A DNA stretch of 63,853 nucleotides, filler included, from Lama guanicoe (lineage: Eukaryota): NCBI GenBank assembly GCA_013239625.1. It is 209 parts of 209 records of this genome, joined end to end, with 100 filler letters (N's around TTAATTAATTAA, not from the genome) between each part and the next. Parts side by side here need not be neighbours in the genome. Positions count along the whole stretch, not along the records: positions 51,102 to 51,307 come from PNXV01033911.1; positions 51,408 to 51,613 come from PNXV01033912.1; positions 51,714 to 51,919 come from PNXV01033913.1; positions 52,020 to 52,225 come from PNXV01033914.1; positions 52,326 to 52,531 come from PNXV01033915.1; positions 52,632 to 52,837 come from PNXV01033916.1; positions 52,938 to 53,143 come from PNXV01033917.1; positions 53,244 to 53,449 come from PNXV01033918.1; 201 more parts are not named here. One strand, written 5' to 3'. Positions 51,002-63,853 of the stretch are shown here, one piece after another. A model generated the notes under the pieces. The model was not told the DNA's origin and did not search any database. It saw only the letters and a program-made list of their open reading frames with translations. Both the position numbers and the translations under genes were made by a program. Position 1 is the stretch's first letter. Every line of letters starts with the position of its first letter.

Positions 51002-53245
51002 NNNNNNNNNNNNNNNNNNNNNNNNNNNNNNNNNNNNNNNNNNNNTTAATTAATTAANNNNNNNNNNNNNNNNNNNNNNNNNNNNNNNNNNNNNNNNNNN
51101 NTCCCGGGTCACGGGGCTCTCCTGCCTTGCAGCTGTGGGTCCCGAGTCATTTGTAATCAGAGAAATCCTTGATCCGACTTTTCCCGCATGAAATGAGATA
51201 CTGTTAATACTTCACGTCGCGCACTTTCAAACCTGCGTAGCCCGACGTCCCACAGCGGGTATCCGCATTTCAAACCACTCGGCGATTTGCAATAACCACA
51301 ATTTTAANNNNNNNNNNNNNNNNNNNNNNNNNNNNNNNNNNNNNNNNNNNNTTAATTAATTAANNNNNNNNNNNNNNNNNNNNNNNNNNNNNNNNNNNNN
51401 NNNNNNNTCAAACAAACAAGAAAAGGATAAATAGTTACTGGATATATAATGTACATCGTGTACCCTGTATTTTCAACTGAGTCAACCAATAAATTACCTT
51501 TATAAAAAAAATTTTTGAGCAGTAATTGACTAATAATAGTTGTGTATGTATTTAAAGCATACAGTGTGATGATTTGATATACATTTACACTGTAGAATGG
51601 GTACCAAGATCAANNNNNNNNNNNNNNNNNNNNNNNNNNNNNNNNNNNNNNNNNNNNTTAATTAATTAANNNNNNNNNNNNNNNNNNNNNNNNNNNNNNN
51701 NNNNNNNNNNNNNTAGCCTGAGAAGTTGCGGTCTTGGGAGGAGGAGCGGGGAGACCCAAGTGGACGCAGACGACGGGGCGGGGCAAGACAAGGTTGAGTG
51801 CAGGGGTGGATTCTAACGAGGTCAGCGGTGCTCCCGCACACCCAGCCCCGCTCCAGGGCTCTCCCGCCCGGTGCCGCTATTGAGAGCCTTTCTCGCCCAT
51901 TTGTTCTTTATTTTTTTTTNNNNNNNNNNNNNNNNNNNNNNNNNNNNNNNNNNNNNNNNNNNNTTAATTAATTAANNNNNNNNNNNNNNNNNNNNNNNNN
52001 NNNNNNNNNNNNNNNNNNNTTTCCTGCGGATGGTGAGAAGGGAGACTTGGCTAACACCTCTGCTGAGCATAAATTTACTGTTCCTTTGGCGGTGAGACCA
52101 TCTTAATCAAGTTAGAAAAATAAAACACATCAAAAAATGAAACAAGCGTTTCCTTCTAAATGCCCCAGGCTCCCACGAGTCTTTCTCGGAGCTCCTATAA
52201 ACATTACATCTACTCGTGGGCATCCNNNNNNNNNNNNNNNNNNNNNNNNNNNNNNNNNNNNNNNNNNNNTTAATTAATTAANNNNNNNNNNNNNNNNNNN
52301 NNNNNNNNNNNNNNNNNNNNNNNNNGGGTCTGGCTAGTTTTGACACTCAACCTGCCTCTCCACCTTCATCCCATGCCACTCTACCCATCTCCCTTGTGGG
52401 TGCGCCCCTGTGTGATTCCGGAAAGTGAGACACAAACAGGGAGACATGGATGAGAATGAGGTGTTTTGCAGATAAAGATCCTGTTATCCATTTTCTTCTG
52501 GTTGGTGTGGAAATGGAGGCAGAAAAGGTGANNNNNNNNNNNNNNNNNNNNNNNNNNNNNNNNNNNNNNNNNNNNTTAATTAATTAANNNNNNNNNNNNN
52601 NNNNNNNNNNNNNNNNNNNNNNNNNNNNNNNGGGGGGCGGGGACCCTGATTTTGTCCTGCTGATATTTTGGCCACATGAAGCTCTGGCTCTAAAGAGAAG
52701 ATGACTTGCTTCCCACCTCCCCATTTGTTTCCTTCTCTTTCCAAAGTCTGTCTGCTTAGCTCCCTGGTTTGGAAAAGGAGACTGGGGTACAGACAGTGGA
52801 AAGGTGGTTAATGTGGCTGTATTTCTGTGGATTACTCNNNNNNNNNNNNNNNNNNNNNNNNNNNNNNNNNNNNNNNNNNNNTTAATTAATTAANNNNNNN
52901 NNNNNNNNNNNNNNNNNNNNNNNNNNNNNNNNNNNNNGCCAAAGCAAATCCGGGGGTACAGTTTGTCCTCAGAGTCTGCACATGGCAACTGTAGCTCAGA
53001 TCACATTACCCAGCATTTGGTCTAGGCTTCCTGCCCCTGCAGAGAAGGGTCACTCCTTATTTTCTATTTCCAAGCACCTAGCAAGGCCCTGATGCAGTCA
53101 CTGCTCAAAAATGCTGAATAAAGAAATGAACAAAGGAAATGCTNNNNNNNNNNNNNNNNNNNNNNNNNNNNNNNNNNNNNNNNNNNNTTAATTAATTAAN
53201 NNNNNNNNNNNNNNNNNNNNNNNNNNNNNNNNNNNNNNNNNNNGG

Positions 53246-53449
<204 letters not shown>

Positions 53450-54192
53450 NNNNNNNNNNNNNNNNNNNNNNNNNNNNNNNNNNNNNNNNNNNNTTAATTA
53501 ATTAANNNNNNNNNNNNNNNNNNNNNNNNNNNNNNNNNNNNNNNNNNNNATTTTGTCACCTACAATCAAAAGACTCCAACTCTGAAAATGAATAAAAAGT
53601 AAAATAAGAAAAATGCTTTTACCTGTTGACATAATCCCTTCAGAACTGTCCATTGTTTGTATATTACAAGTCATTTTATATATTAATTTTATTCTCAAGA
53701 TTATCTTAAGCATAACACTTTGACTTGTCATAAAATATTTTCCTGGACACACTATNNNNNNNNNNNNNNNNNNNNNNNNNNNNNNNNNNNNNNNNNNNNT
53801 TAATTAATTAANNNNNNNNNNNNNNNNNNNNNNNNNNNNNNNNNNNNNNNNNNNNGAGAGAAATGAATAAAACTTTGGATTAAACTTGAATCCGTGCCGC
53901 CTCTTTGAGTAGTGGTAGCGTAAATGAGACAATCTAGAAACTCTCTTTCCCAGGAATTTGAACTGTTCATTTTCCAACCTAGAACAGACAGGAGACAAGC
54001 TCTCCATTCTGTATATCTGTTGCCCTGTTGAACCCAAATTAAAAGAAGAGGGAACCTCTCCNNNNNNNNNNNNNNNNNNNNNNNNNNNNNNNNNNNNNNN
54101 NNNNNTTAATTAATTAANNNNNNNNNNNNNNNNNNNNNNNNNNNNNNNNNNNNNNNNNNNNGTTTTCCACATAGATCAAGAAGATGCCATTT

Positions 54193-54367
54193 TAATGCTG
54201 GAGAGGGTGCGGAGAAAAAGGAACTCTCCTACACTGTTGGAAGGAATGAGGTTTTGTGCAGCCCCTATGGAGAACAGTATGGGGATTCCTTAAAATACTG
54301 AAAATAGACCTACCATACGATCCAGCAATCCCGTTCCTGGGCATGTATCCGGAGGCAACTCTAATTT
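54193..54367 (+). mobile_element. LINE-1 ORF2 C-terminal fragment, probably at a 5' truncation junction
   Basis: aatgctggagagggtgcggagaaaaaggaactctcctacactgttgg...ctaccatacgatccagcaatccc. Confidence 0.9.
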
Positions 54368-57300
54368 NNNNNNNNNNNNNNNNNNNNNNNNNNNNNNNNN
54401 NNNNNNNNNNNTTAATTAATTAANNNNNNNNNNNNNNNNNNNNNNNNNNNNNNNNNNNNNNNNNNNNATGATGTGGGTGCTGGGTGGGCCCTGAGGCTGG
54501 CGGCCTGGAGTTTGGGCGGGTGAGGCTCTCTGCACCTGCGTGGATGATGTCCTGGGGTGAAGACAAGAGAAGCTGGGGAGGAGGGAGGACAGAGAGAAGA
54601 AAGGCTGAGACTTCACCACTGGGGGGCCAAGGTGTGTGGGCCCCAATGTCCGGAGGAGGGAAAGGGGGTCAGANNNNNNNNNNNNNNNNNNNNNNNNNNN
54701 NNNNNNNNNNNNNNNNNTTAATTAATTAANNNNNNNNNNNNNNNNNNNNNNNNNNNNNNNNNNNNNNNNNNNNGGGAAAGAGTCTAAATTATATTACTGC
54801 AAGCTTAAAACATAAAAATAGATGATACCATAAATGATATGAAAGAAACAAAGGAAATTACAGAAAAACCAAATGAAAATGATGCCAGGGGAAAGGAAAA
54901 AGTTCGAGTCAGGGAGTGGATTGATGGTGAGAATTAGGAGAAGATGGTGTTGGTGGGTGCAGAGGTGGCTCAGCCTGAGNNNNNNNNNNNNNNNNNNNNN
55001 NNNNNNNNNNNNNNNNNNNNNNNTTAATTAATTAANNNNNNNNNNNNNNNNNNNNNNNNNNNNNNNNNNNNNNNNNNNNCTCCCACTTTTCTTTTAATCG
55101 GGAGCCTCTGTCAGGATTGCTGCTCTGTTACACAGCGAGGGAACTTCGCGCTGAGGGCTGAGTGTTGCTTGTTTTTTTTCCTGTCGCCTCGGAGATGAGA
55201 GGAGGAGACGGGGAGGGCAGGGACCGCCCAGCAGGGGCTGACGGCAGTCCATCACGCGGCTTTATTAGAGGCTTGCCCAGGGCTCNNNNNNNNNNNNNNN
55301 NNNNNNNNNNNNNNNNNNNNNNNNNNNNNTTAATTAATTAANNNNNNNNNNNNNNNNNNNNNNNNNNNNNNNNNNNNNNNNNNNNCAAATATGTAGTATT
55401 TGATGTATATTGGATGTATAAACAACAATTAAAGTGCCAGGTGAAGATACAGGGTTATTAAGAGATGAAGAAAAAAATCACTTTCTACAAAATAGCCAAC
55501 TACAGTTTAGCTAGTGACAAAGCAAAACTCCAGTGGGACATGAAGATGTGGAGGACACTTCTAATTTTATAATAATGGATTTCTAACTACTNNNNNNNNN
55601 NNNNNNNNNNNNNNNNNNNNNNNNNNNNNNNNNNNTTAATTAATTAANNNNNNNNNNNNNNNNNNNNNNNNNNNNNNNNNNNNNNNNNNNNGGGGCTGGT
55701 CGTCCCACCTCCTGGTCCAGAGCCCCATCTGGGCTCCACACTCATTGGCATTTGGCATTTGGCGCATCAGGACAGTAACTGTTAGGAGCCTGGAGACCTG
55801 CCCTTCGCAGGCAGCAGGTGCGGCTCCGTCCATCTCACGCTCTTCCCGGGGAACAGGGAGGTGCCGGCCCTGAACCACCCAACCTCCACGGAGCTGCNNN
55901 NNNNNNNNNNNNNNNNNNNNNNNNNNNNNNNNNNNNNNNNNTTAATTAATTAANNNNNNNNNNNNNNNNNNNNNNNNNNNNNNNNNNNNNNNNNNNNTCT
56001 CCTTTTGATTCTTTCTCTTCTTTTCTCCCTTCTCCCACCTTTAAACATGTTTCTCCTCTTTTCCTATATTCTCTTTCTTCCCCCCTCTCTCCTGCAGTCC
56101 CCCTTTGCCTCTGTCTCTAATAACTTCTTCTCTCTTCTCCCCCTGCCCTAAATTTTTTAACTGCCAAGGTTTTAACTTCATGGAGCTGAAGTATTATTTG
56201 TATNNNNNNNNNNNNNNNNNNNNNNNNNNNNNNNNNNNNNNNNNNNNTTAATTAATTAANNNNNNNNNNNNNNNNNNNNNNNNNNNNNNNNNNNNNNNNN
56301 NNNATAACGAAATGTGGCATATGACTTGGTCTTAAGTGAGTAAGAAAAGATACCAGTATCCAATAGTAGCAGGTACTTAAATGGGGCTGAAGAAAAAAAT
56401 TCTGGTTATATATTTTGCTTGAAATCTGAATGAATAAATATTTAGTATTTTGTGAGAGAGTGTGTATAACTAGGTTTATCTTTCTCCCTCCCCGACGGTA
56501 TCTCACGCTNNNNNNNNNNNNNNNNNNNNNNNNNNNNNNNNNNNNNNNNNNNNTTAATTAATTAANNNNNNNNNNNNNNNNNNNNNNNNNNNNNNNNNNN
56601 NNNNNNNNNTTCTCAGGAAAAGAGAAATATAGAGCTACATATACATATAATTGATATTATTGCAGTAAAGTGTATCAGAGGCTGGCATTTCTCCGATATA
56701 CTGTCAACCTGACCCACAGTATTTAGGAATAAGACCCTGGTCTAACATTTTGTTTCCTAGACTAGTTGGGGGTCATATTTGAATATTAAATACTTTGAGT
56801 TGCCTTGGTGTGTTTNNNNNNNNNNNNNNNNNNNNNNNNNNNNNNNNNNNNNNNNNNNNTTAATTAATTAANNNNNNNNNNNNNNNNNNNNNNNNNNNNN
56901 NNNNNNNNNNNNNNNACCCAGTGACCCCAGTGCGGGGAAGGTGGCTAGAGAGGCAGGGACCAGGATATGCAGTAGATTGAATGCACTGTTCAAGGTCTTA
57001 TCCTGAGAAGGATGTGAAGTCATTGAGAGAGTTTAACAGGGATATGATCAGAATTTTCTCTGAAAAATCTTAGCCTTGATACCACTTAGTATGAGAAACA
57101 TAGGTGAATTAAGACAAAAAANNNNNNNNNNNNNNNNNNNNNNNNNNNNNNNNNNNNNNNNNNNNTTAATTAATTAANNNNNNNNNNNNNNNNNNNNNNN
57201 NNNNNNNNNNNNNNNNNNNNNAAACAAATTTAAATAATTAAACATATAAAGCATGCAGCATGGGTCTTGGTATACAGTAAAAAAATCAACCAAACAAACA

Positions 57301-57609
57301 AAAAGCCCTTAATCTTTTCTACTGAATAAGCTGCATATTGCCTAGGACCAGGAGTCAAAGTCTGAACACTGCTGCCCGCTGCATCTTTGTATCCGTGTCA
57401 CCAAGGAAAGCACAACACAGTCAAGCANNNNNNNNNNNNNNNNNNNNNNNNNNNNNNNNNNNNNNNNNNNNTTAATTAATTAANNNNNNNNNNNNNNNNN
57501 NNNNNNNNNNNNNNNNNNNNNNNNNNNTTAAAATCCTAGGGAGGGCTTTAAAAACATACATAAAGCAAAAAAAAAAAACCCACAAAAAAAACAACAAAAA
57601 CAAAAAAAC

Positions 57610-57733
57610 AAATAATCTTATTTAAAAATAGATAAAAGACCTAATAGACATTCTTCCAAAGACGATAAACAAGTGACCAACAGATGTATGAAAAAATGTT
57701 CAAATATCATTAACATCAGGGAAATGTGAGTCA
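57610..57733 (+). mobile_element. LINE-1 ORF2 fragment
   Basis: aatagacattcttccaaagacgataaacaagtgaccaacag..atgaaaaaatgttca..atcatta..atcagggaaatg. Confidence 0.85.
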
Positions 57734-58809
57734 NNNNNNNNNNNNNNNNNNNNNNNNNNNNNNNNNNNNNNNNNNNNTTAATTAATTAANNNNNNNNNNN
57801 NNNNNNNNNNNNNNNNNNNNNNNNNNNNNNNNNGTAAACAGTCTAACAGGAGGGAAACATTAATTAAAACTAATCAATTAAAGAGAATATATCAAGTAAT
57901 GATAAGTGCTATAAGGAAAATAGCATAGAGAGATGGGATATTGAATGTCCAGAGTTTAGGGGTGGTCAGAAAGTTCTTTCCAAAGAGACTCTTTTTAAAC
58001 ATAGACCTTAATGGCTCCCTTACAAAGATCTTGGGGAAGNNNNNNNNNNNNNNNNNNNNNNNNNNNNNNNNNNNNNNNNNNNNTTAATTAATTAANNNNN
58101 NNNNNNNNNNNNNNNNNNNNNNNNNNNNNNNNNNNNNNNTCCACGATGCTTGTTAGTGAGATAATAATAGCGTCCCATGTGTTTTTTTAGCACTCTACTT
58201 TTATTTTTATATTTTAAATTTTTATTATTTATTTATTTATTTATTTTTGACATACAGTCAAGTTACAGTGTGTTAATTTCTGGTGTATAGCACAACGTCC
58301 CAGCCATGCATATGCATACATATGTTCATTGTCATATTCTTTTTCNNNNNNNNNNNNNNNNNNNNNNNNNNNNNNNNNNNNNNNNNNNNTTAATTAATTA
58401 ANNNNNNNNNNNNNNNNNNNNNNNNNNNNNNNNNNNNNNNNNNNNAATGGGATTTGTCCTAGAAGTTTGAGAAGAAAATTTGTTGCCAAAGATTTTTAAA
58501 TTACAATCACATGGCAGAAAATTACCTAGCATCTGTTTTCTCACATCAAAATATCTTTTCAAAATGAGAGTAGTAACTCTTGGTCCTTATTTCATACTAA
58601 ATAGAGCCAATAAGATTAAGACTTTTCTCTCCCAGGGTGAAGAAAGAGGAGNNNNNNNNNNNNNNNNNNNNNNNNNNNNNNNNNNNNNNNNNNNNTTAAT
58701 TAATTAANNNNNNNNNNNNNNNNNNNNNNNNNNNNNNNNNNNNNNNNNNNNGATAGCTGATACTCCTAATACATAGAAATAAACAGAGAGAAATAGGTAA
58801 AGTGAGGAG

Positions 58810-58957
58810 ATAGAGGAGTATGTTCCAATCAAAAGAACAAAACAATACCTCAAGAAAAGAACTAAACAGAATGCTTTACCTGATAAAGAGTTCCAAATAA
58901 TGGTCACAAAGATGTTCACTGAACATGCAAGAAGAATGGATAAACACAGAACTTCAA
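58810..58957 (+). mobile_element. LINE-1 ORF1 fragment
   Basis: ttacctgataaagagttccaaataatggtcacaaagatgttcactgaa (LPDKEFQIMVTKMFTE). Confidence 0.8.
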
Positions 58958-59669
58958 NNNNNNNNNNNNNNNNNNNNNNNNNNNNNNNNNNNNNNNNNNN
59001 NTTAATTAATTAANNNNNNNNNNNNNNNNNNNNNNNNNNNNNNNNNNNNNNNNNNNNCTCTGCAGAGAGAGGTTAGGGACGCGGGTGGAGCTGGGGGCGG
59101 GGGACCTGTGTTCTCCCATGTCAGGGATGCTGGTGTGTGCGGGCGCACCTACAGCTTTGTCAGCTACAGGAAGGGCACCCGCCCTGGGCTCAGGAGAGCA
59201 TTGTGTGCTGTTGTTCTGTTTAACCGCCTGACCTGCCACGTCATGACCTGTTTTTCCTGAGACNNNNNNNNNNNNNNNNNNNNNNNNNNNNNNNNNNNNN
59301 NNNNNNNTTAATTAATTAANNNNNNNNNNNNNNNNNNNNNNNNNNNNNNNNNNNNNNNNNNNNTTTAAAGATAACACAGTACAATCAATACACTTTCTAA
59401 TATCAGAAATGCAAACAAGATTAAATTGAAAAACACGTCTATGGAATCACATCCAACAGCATACAGACATGCTCTACATACTACCATCTCATCATTAAAA
59501 ATAGAAACGGAACCCCCACAAGCCCCACGTTCCCCTTCAGTTATCGCCCAGTCCTCTCCTGCCTTCCCANNNNNNNNNNNNNNNNNNNNNNNNNNNNNNN
59601 NNNNNNNNNNNNNTTAATTAATTAANNNNNNNNNNNNNNNNNNNNNNNNNNNNNNNNNNNNNNNNNNNN

Positions 59670-59875
59670 TCTGTGTCTGGGTTATTTCACCAGCAGAATG
59701 ATTAACAAACCATGAGGATGTAGAGAAATTAGAACCCTCCTGCACTGTTAGTGTGAATTTAAAATGGTGGCAGCACTGTGGAAAACAGTATGGAGATTCC
59801 TCAAAAAGTTAAAAATAGAACTATGATATTATTCTACAATATCACTTCTGGATATATATCCAAAAAAAAATGAAA
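59670..59875. mobile_element. LINE-1 with an internal inversion junction near 59700
   Basis: An antisense 3' UTR motif at 59670-59700 abuts sense ORF2 3' sequence. Confidence 0.7.
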
Positions 59876-60587
59876 NNNNNNNNNNNNNNNNNNNNNNNNN
59901 NNNNNNNNNNNNNNNNNNNTTAATTAATTAANNNNNNNNNNNNNNNNNNNNNNNNNNNNNNNNNNNNNNNNNNNNTTCTTATTGGCCATCGTGTGTCATC
60001 TGACCCCTGTGGTGGAGGGGGGTCCTTCTAATATGACCCCCACAGAATCACAGAACATTGTGAGAAGGAGCCTTTTTCCTAAAACAGGGCACCATGAAGT
60101 TAAAACTGTGCAATGCCATATAAGGGGCAACACAGCCAGCATTTGGGTGACAAAGAGAAATGTGCCTCTGGAATTCCTAGCNNNNNNNNNNNNNNNNNNN
60201 NNNNNNNNNNNNNNNNNNNNNNNNNTTAATTAATTAANNNNNNNNNNNNNNNNNNNNNNNNNNNNNNNNNNNNNNNNNNNNCTGGGGTTAGGGAAAGAAC
60301 CAGAGCGGGTTAACCTGCGAATTCCTGTGCGCCGACCTAACCCAGGGAGCATGGTCCATCTGAAACCCAGACTGCAGCTGCTTAAAGATCTGAGCGACAT
60401 TATCGGTTTTAAATTGATGTTCAGTTCACATCAAAACGTGACATCTCTTGGATGCCGGCGGATGCCAAGATATGTGGCCAAGGAAACNNNNNNNNNNNNN
60501 NNNNNNNNNNNNNNNNNNNNNNNNNNNNNNNTTAATTAATTAANNNNNNNNNNNNNNNNNNNNNNNNNNNNNNNNNNNNNNNNNNNN

Positions 60588-60790
60588 CAGTGGTCGTGTT
60601 GTTCTTTGGTCCTGCCATCTTCCTCTACATGCGACCACCCTCCACCTTCACTGAGGACAAACTGGTGGCCGTATTCTACACGATGGTCACCCCCATGCTG
60701 AACCCCATCATTTACACACTCAGAAACGCAGAGGTGAAAATCGCCATGAGGAGGTTGTGGGGTAAGAAAGTGAATTCAGGAGTGGAATAA
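60588..60790 (+). CDS. OR4B1: Olfactory receptor family 4 (OR4B1-like), C-terminal part (TM6-TM7 to stop)
   Basis: [57 protein letters not shown] carries the PMLNPxIYxLRN signature and a native stop before the spacer. Confidence 0.9.
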
Positions 60791-60893
60791 AAANNNNNNN
60801 NNNNNNNNNNNNNNNNNNNNNNNNNNNNNNNNNNNNNTTAATTAATTAANNNNNNNNNNNNNNNNNNNNNNNNNNNNNNNNNNNNNNNNNNNN

Positions 60894-61099
60894 TGTCATT
60901 CTAAGTGAAGTAAGCCAGAAAGAGAAAGAGAAATACCATATGCGATCACTCATATGTGGAATCTTAAAAAAAAAAAAACCATAAATACAAATCAGAAACA
61001 GACTCATAGACGTAGAATACAAACTTGTGTTTGCCAAGGGGGCAAGGGGTGGGTGGGAAGGGACAGACTGGAATTTCAAAATGTAGAATAGATAAGCAA
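60894..61099 (+). mobile_element. Young LINE-1 3' UTR
   Basis: tcattctaagtgaagtaagccagaaagagaaagagaaataccatatg..atcactcatatgtggaatct; shares sequence with 35190-35245. Confidence 0.92.
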
Positions 61100-62729
61100 N
61101 NNNNNNNNNNNNNNNNNNNNNNNNNNNNNNNNNNNNNNNNNNNTTAATTAATTAANNNNNNNNNNNNNNNNNNNNNNNNNNNNNNNNNNNNNNNNNNNNA
61201 GAAGAGATTGATCTGAGTGTAGGTGGTGGTTGATTAGGAAAGTGATAAATGTGATCAAAGGAGAGGAAGCTCTGGCACCTGCTTAGCATGGAAGGATGCA
61301 AATAAACAAGGGCTGAAGGGAGATTGAGGACCTTGTTTGGTAGGAGTGGAGTATTTTGTCCATTTTGTGGACACTTCCAATGCTTGACTAAAGACTACAG
61401 ATTTTNNNNNNNNNNNNNNNNNNNNNNNNNNNNNNNNNNNNNNNNNNNNTTAATTAATTAANNNNNNNNNNNNNNNNNNNNNNNNNNNNNNNNNNNNNNN
61501 NNNNNCAGAGTACAACTGTGAGCTTCCTGCTAGATGGGGGCTGGAGCAGGAACATGAATGTCCTCCCTACACAAGCACACCCAGGGGCACTGCAACTAGC
61601 ATGCCAATGATGCTGGGTTGTTGTTCCCACCCGACTCTGCCACGTGGCAAGCCTCAGTAAAGGGGTTCCCAGTGGGGCTTCTTGCAACCAAGAGATCCTG
61701 ATCCTCAAAACNNNNNNNNNNNNNNNNNNNNNNNNNNNNNNNNNNNNNNNNNNNNTTAATTAATTAANNNNNNNNNNNNNNNNNNNNNNNNNNNNNNNNN
61801 NNNNNNNNNNNCAAACAATCAAAAAACAAAGATATAACAGTATATGTTGGTTGGGGTGAAAAAGACCACGTTATGCATTCTAGGAAGCATTATGTTTCTC
61901 AGTCCTGAAACAGTTGGCATTGTTATCAAAATACAGCATTTTGAGGCAAGTGATTGGTTCACTAAATGTAAACAATAGCTATATTTTGTATCAGTTAACT
62001 GTAGTAAATCAAGTTCTNNNNNNNNNNNNNNNNNNNNNNNNNNNNNNNNNNNNNNNNNNNNTTAATTAATTAANNNNNNNNNNNNNNNNNNNNNNNNNNN
62101 NNNNNNNNNNNNNNNNNAATTAAATTAGTGCTACTTTGGGAGAAGAAATATTTTTGTCATGCTTTAAATATATACTATTTATGTAGTCATTGAATGAGCT
62201 TAATTGTCAAGCTCTTCTACAAGTAAACTGTAACGGATAAAGAATATGTGAATAACAAAATTTACAAGCTTAACGTAATAGACATTATTCCTGAATCCAA
62301 CACTTACTATAGATTCTTCTCAANNNNNNNNNNNNNNNNNNNNNNNNNNNNNNNNNNNNNNNNNNNNTTAATTAATTAANNNNNNNNNNNNNNNNNNNNN
62401 NNNNNNNNNNNNNNNNNNNNNNNCTGGAAGTGTATTAAAATTATTAAATTGTAGACTTAAAATTGAAAACTTTGGTCCTCCATCCAGGTGCTGTAATCGC
62501 TCACTAGATTCCAGAGCTCTTGTGAAGGTATTTTTGTCCATGGGTGATTGTCAAATCAGTGTTTCTGTTAGGACATAAGTGATGGAACCTCCTGCTCTAC
62601 TGCTTTGCTGGTGTCACTCTCACATTTGCNNNNNNNNNNNNNNNNNNNNNNNNNNNNNNNNNNNNNNNNNNNNTTAATTAATTAANNNNNNNNNNNNNNN
62701 NNNNNNNNNNNNNNNNNNNNNNNNNNNNN

Positions 62730-62935
62730 TCCAACAAAGGACTCATAATAGCCAAAATGATCTTGAAACAACAACAAAGCTGGAGGACTCACACTTGCAA
62801 ATTTCAAAACTTACTACAAAGCTACTGTAATCAAGACAGCGTGGAAAGATGGTGGAGTAGAAGGACAAGGAGCTCACATCCTTTCACGGGCACACCAAGA
62901 TTACAGCTATGTACAGAGTAATTATTGATGAGAAA
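62730..62935 (+). mobile_element. LINE-1 ORF2 fragment joined to a LINE-1 5' UTR start
   Basis: aacaaagctggaggactcacact..tttcaaaacttactacaaagctactgtaatcaagacagcgtgg, then aagatggtggagtagaaggac..gagctcac. Confidence 0.75.
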
Positions 62936-63647
62936 NNNNNNNNNNNNNNNNNNNNNNNNNNNNNNNNNNNNNNNNNNNNTTAATTAATTAANNNNNNNNN
63001 NNNNNNNNNNNNNNNNNNNNNNNNNNNNNNNNNNNTTGGTCTGAAAACTAAAAGGTTTGTTTCTGGAATACGCCCCTGAAATGTCGTTGAAGGTTCTAAA
63101 AGGTTTTCACTGGGGCAAAAAGAAGCTCACATATGAAGCTAATAGCTGCCACACAAACGATTGGAAGGCTAACTTAATTCGTAGGGCAAGATTGAAGCAG
63201 TAGCGTAAGATACAAAGTAAAGCTTGAACGAAGTCTTCTCCNNNNNNNNNNNNNNNNNNNNNNNNNNNNNNNNNNNNNNNNNNNNTTAATTAATTAANNN
63301 NNNNNNNNNNNNNNNNNNNNNNNNNNNNNNNNNNNNNNNNNAGTGCAGCCTGCGGTCTGGTCCCCGTGAGCGCGGGGAGGCAGGCGGTACCGGACTCTCG
63401 GGCTCTGCTCAGGAACGCGGTCTCACACGGTGTGAGCAGCCCCATCTGCTCTCAGTGAATATTCAGAGAGCTGGCTTGTTGGTGCCTCCTCCACAGGACC
63501 CTCTAGTCTAGTCCTCAAAGCCCTGAACACTTGGGTTTGGCCCCTGANNNNNNNNNNNNNNNNNNNNNNNNNNNNNNNNNNNNNNNNNNNNTTAATTAAT
63601 TAANNNNNNNNNNNNNNNNNNNNNNNNNNNNNNNNNNNNNNNNNNNN

Positions 63648-63853
63648 CCATATTCTGTGTTCTAAATTCTATATTCTAAATTCGAAATTCAGTATTTTGT
63701 ATTCAATATTCTAAATTCTGTTTTCTAAATTCCATGTTCTTTATTCTGGGTTCTATATCCTCTAATCTATATTGTAAAATTTGTGTTCATAATTCTATAT
63801 CCTATATACTGTATTCTGCATTCCGTAGTCTATATTCTATATTCTGTGTTCTA
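63648..63853 (-). repeat. Degenerate 7-mer (AGAATAT)n satellite, same family as 23562-23767
   Basis: tattcta variants throughout; the reverse complement aligns with 23620-23707. Confidence 0.92.

Noticed and set aside
51102..51307. Possible non-mammalian contaminant (CpG-rich at moderate GC)
   Set aside because: Equally compatible with a CpG-island edge; there is no recognisable microbial gene, and BLAST would be needed to decide.

Overview
This window is not a contiguous locus. It is an artificial concatenation of 209 unrelated ~206-bp contigs (one is 205 bp) joined by an identical 100-bp spacer (44 N + TTAATTAATTAA + 44 N), which puts stops in all six frames. Almost every entry in the ORF track is an artefact that runs into the spacer. 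The real sequence is mammalian, most likely camelid, judged from Vic-1-like tRNA-derived SINEs plus cetartiodactyl-type L1 and LTR pieces. Many contigs are fragments of L1, L2/MIR, MaLR/ERV LTRs, Tigger or simple repeats. Recognisable coding pieces are the 3' end of STK39 exon 1, an OR4B1-like olfactory receptor C-terminus, a CEACAM1 A2-type Ig exon and a frameshifted TRIM75/TRIM60-like segment, plus a few unassigned candidate exons. Three contig pairs are near-identical with exactly 49 identical bases at each end, which marks them as de Bruijn bubble arms. Two contigs share a 7-mer-based satellite with higher-order structure. I find no support for a novel multi-gene biological system: adjacency between contigs carries no biological meaning. 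Family names come from recalled consensus motifs, not from database searches.
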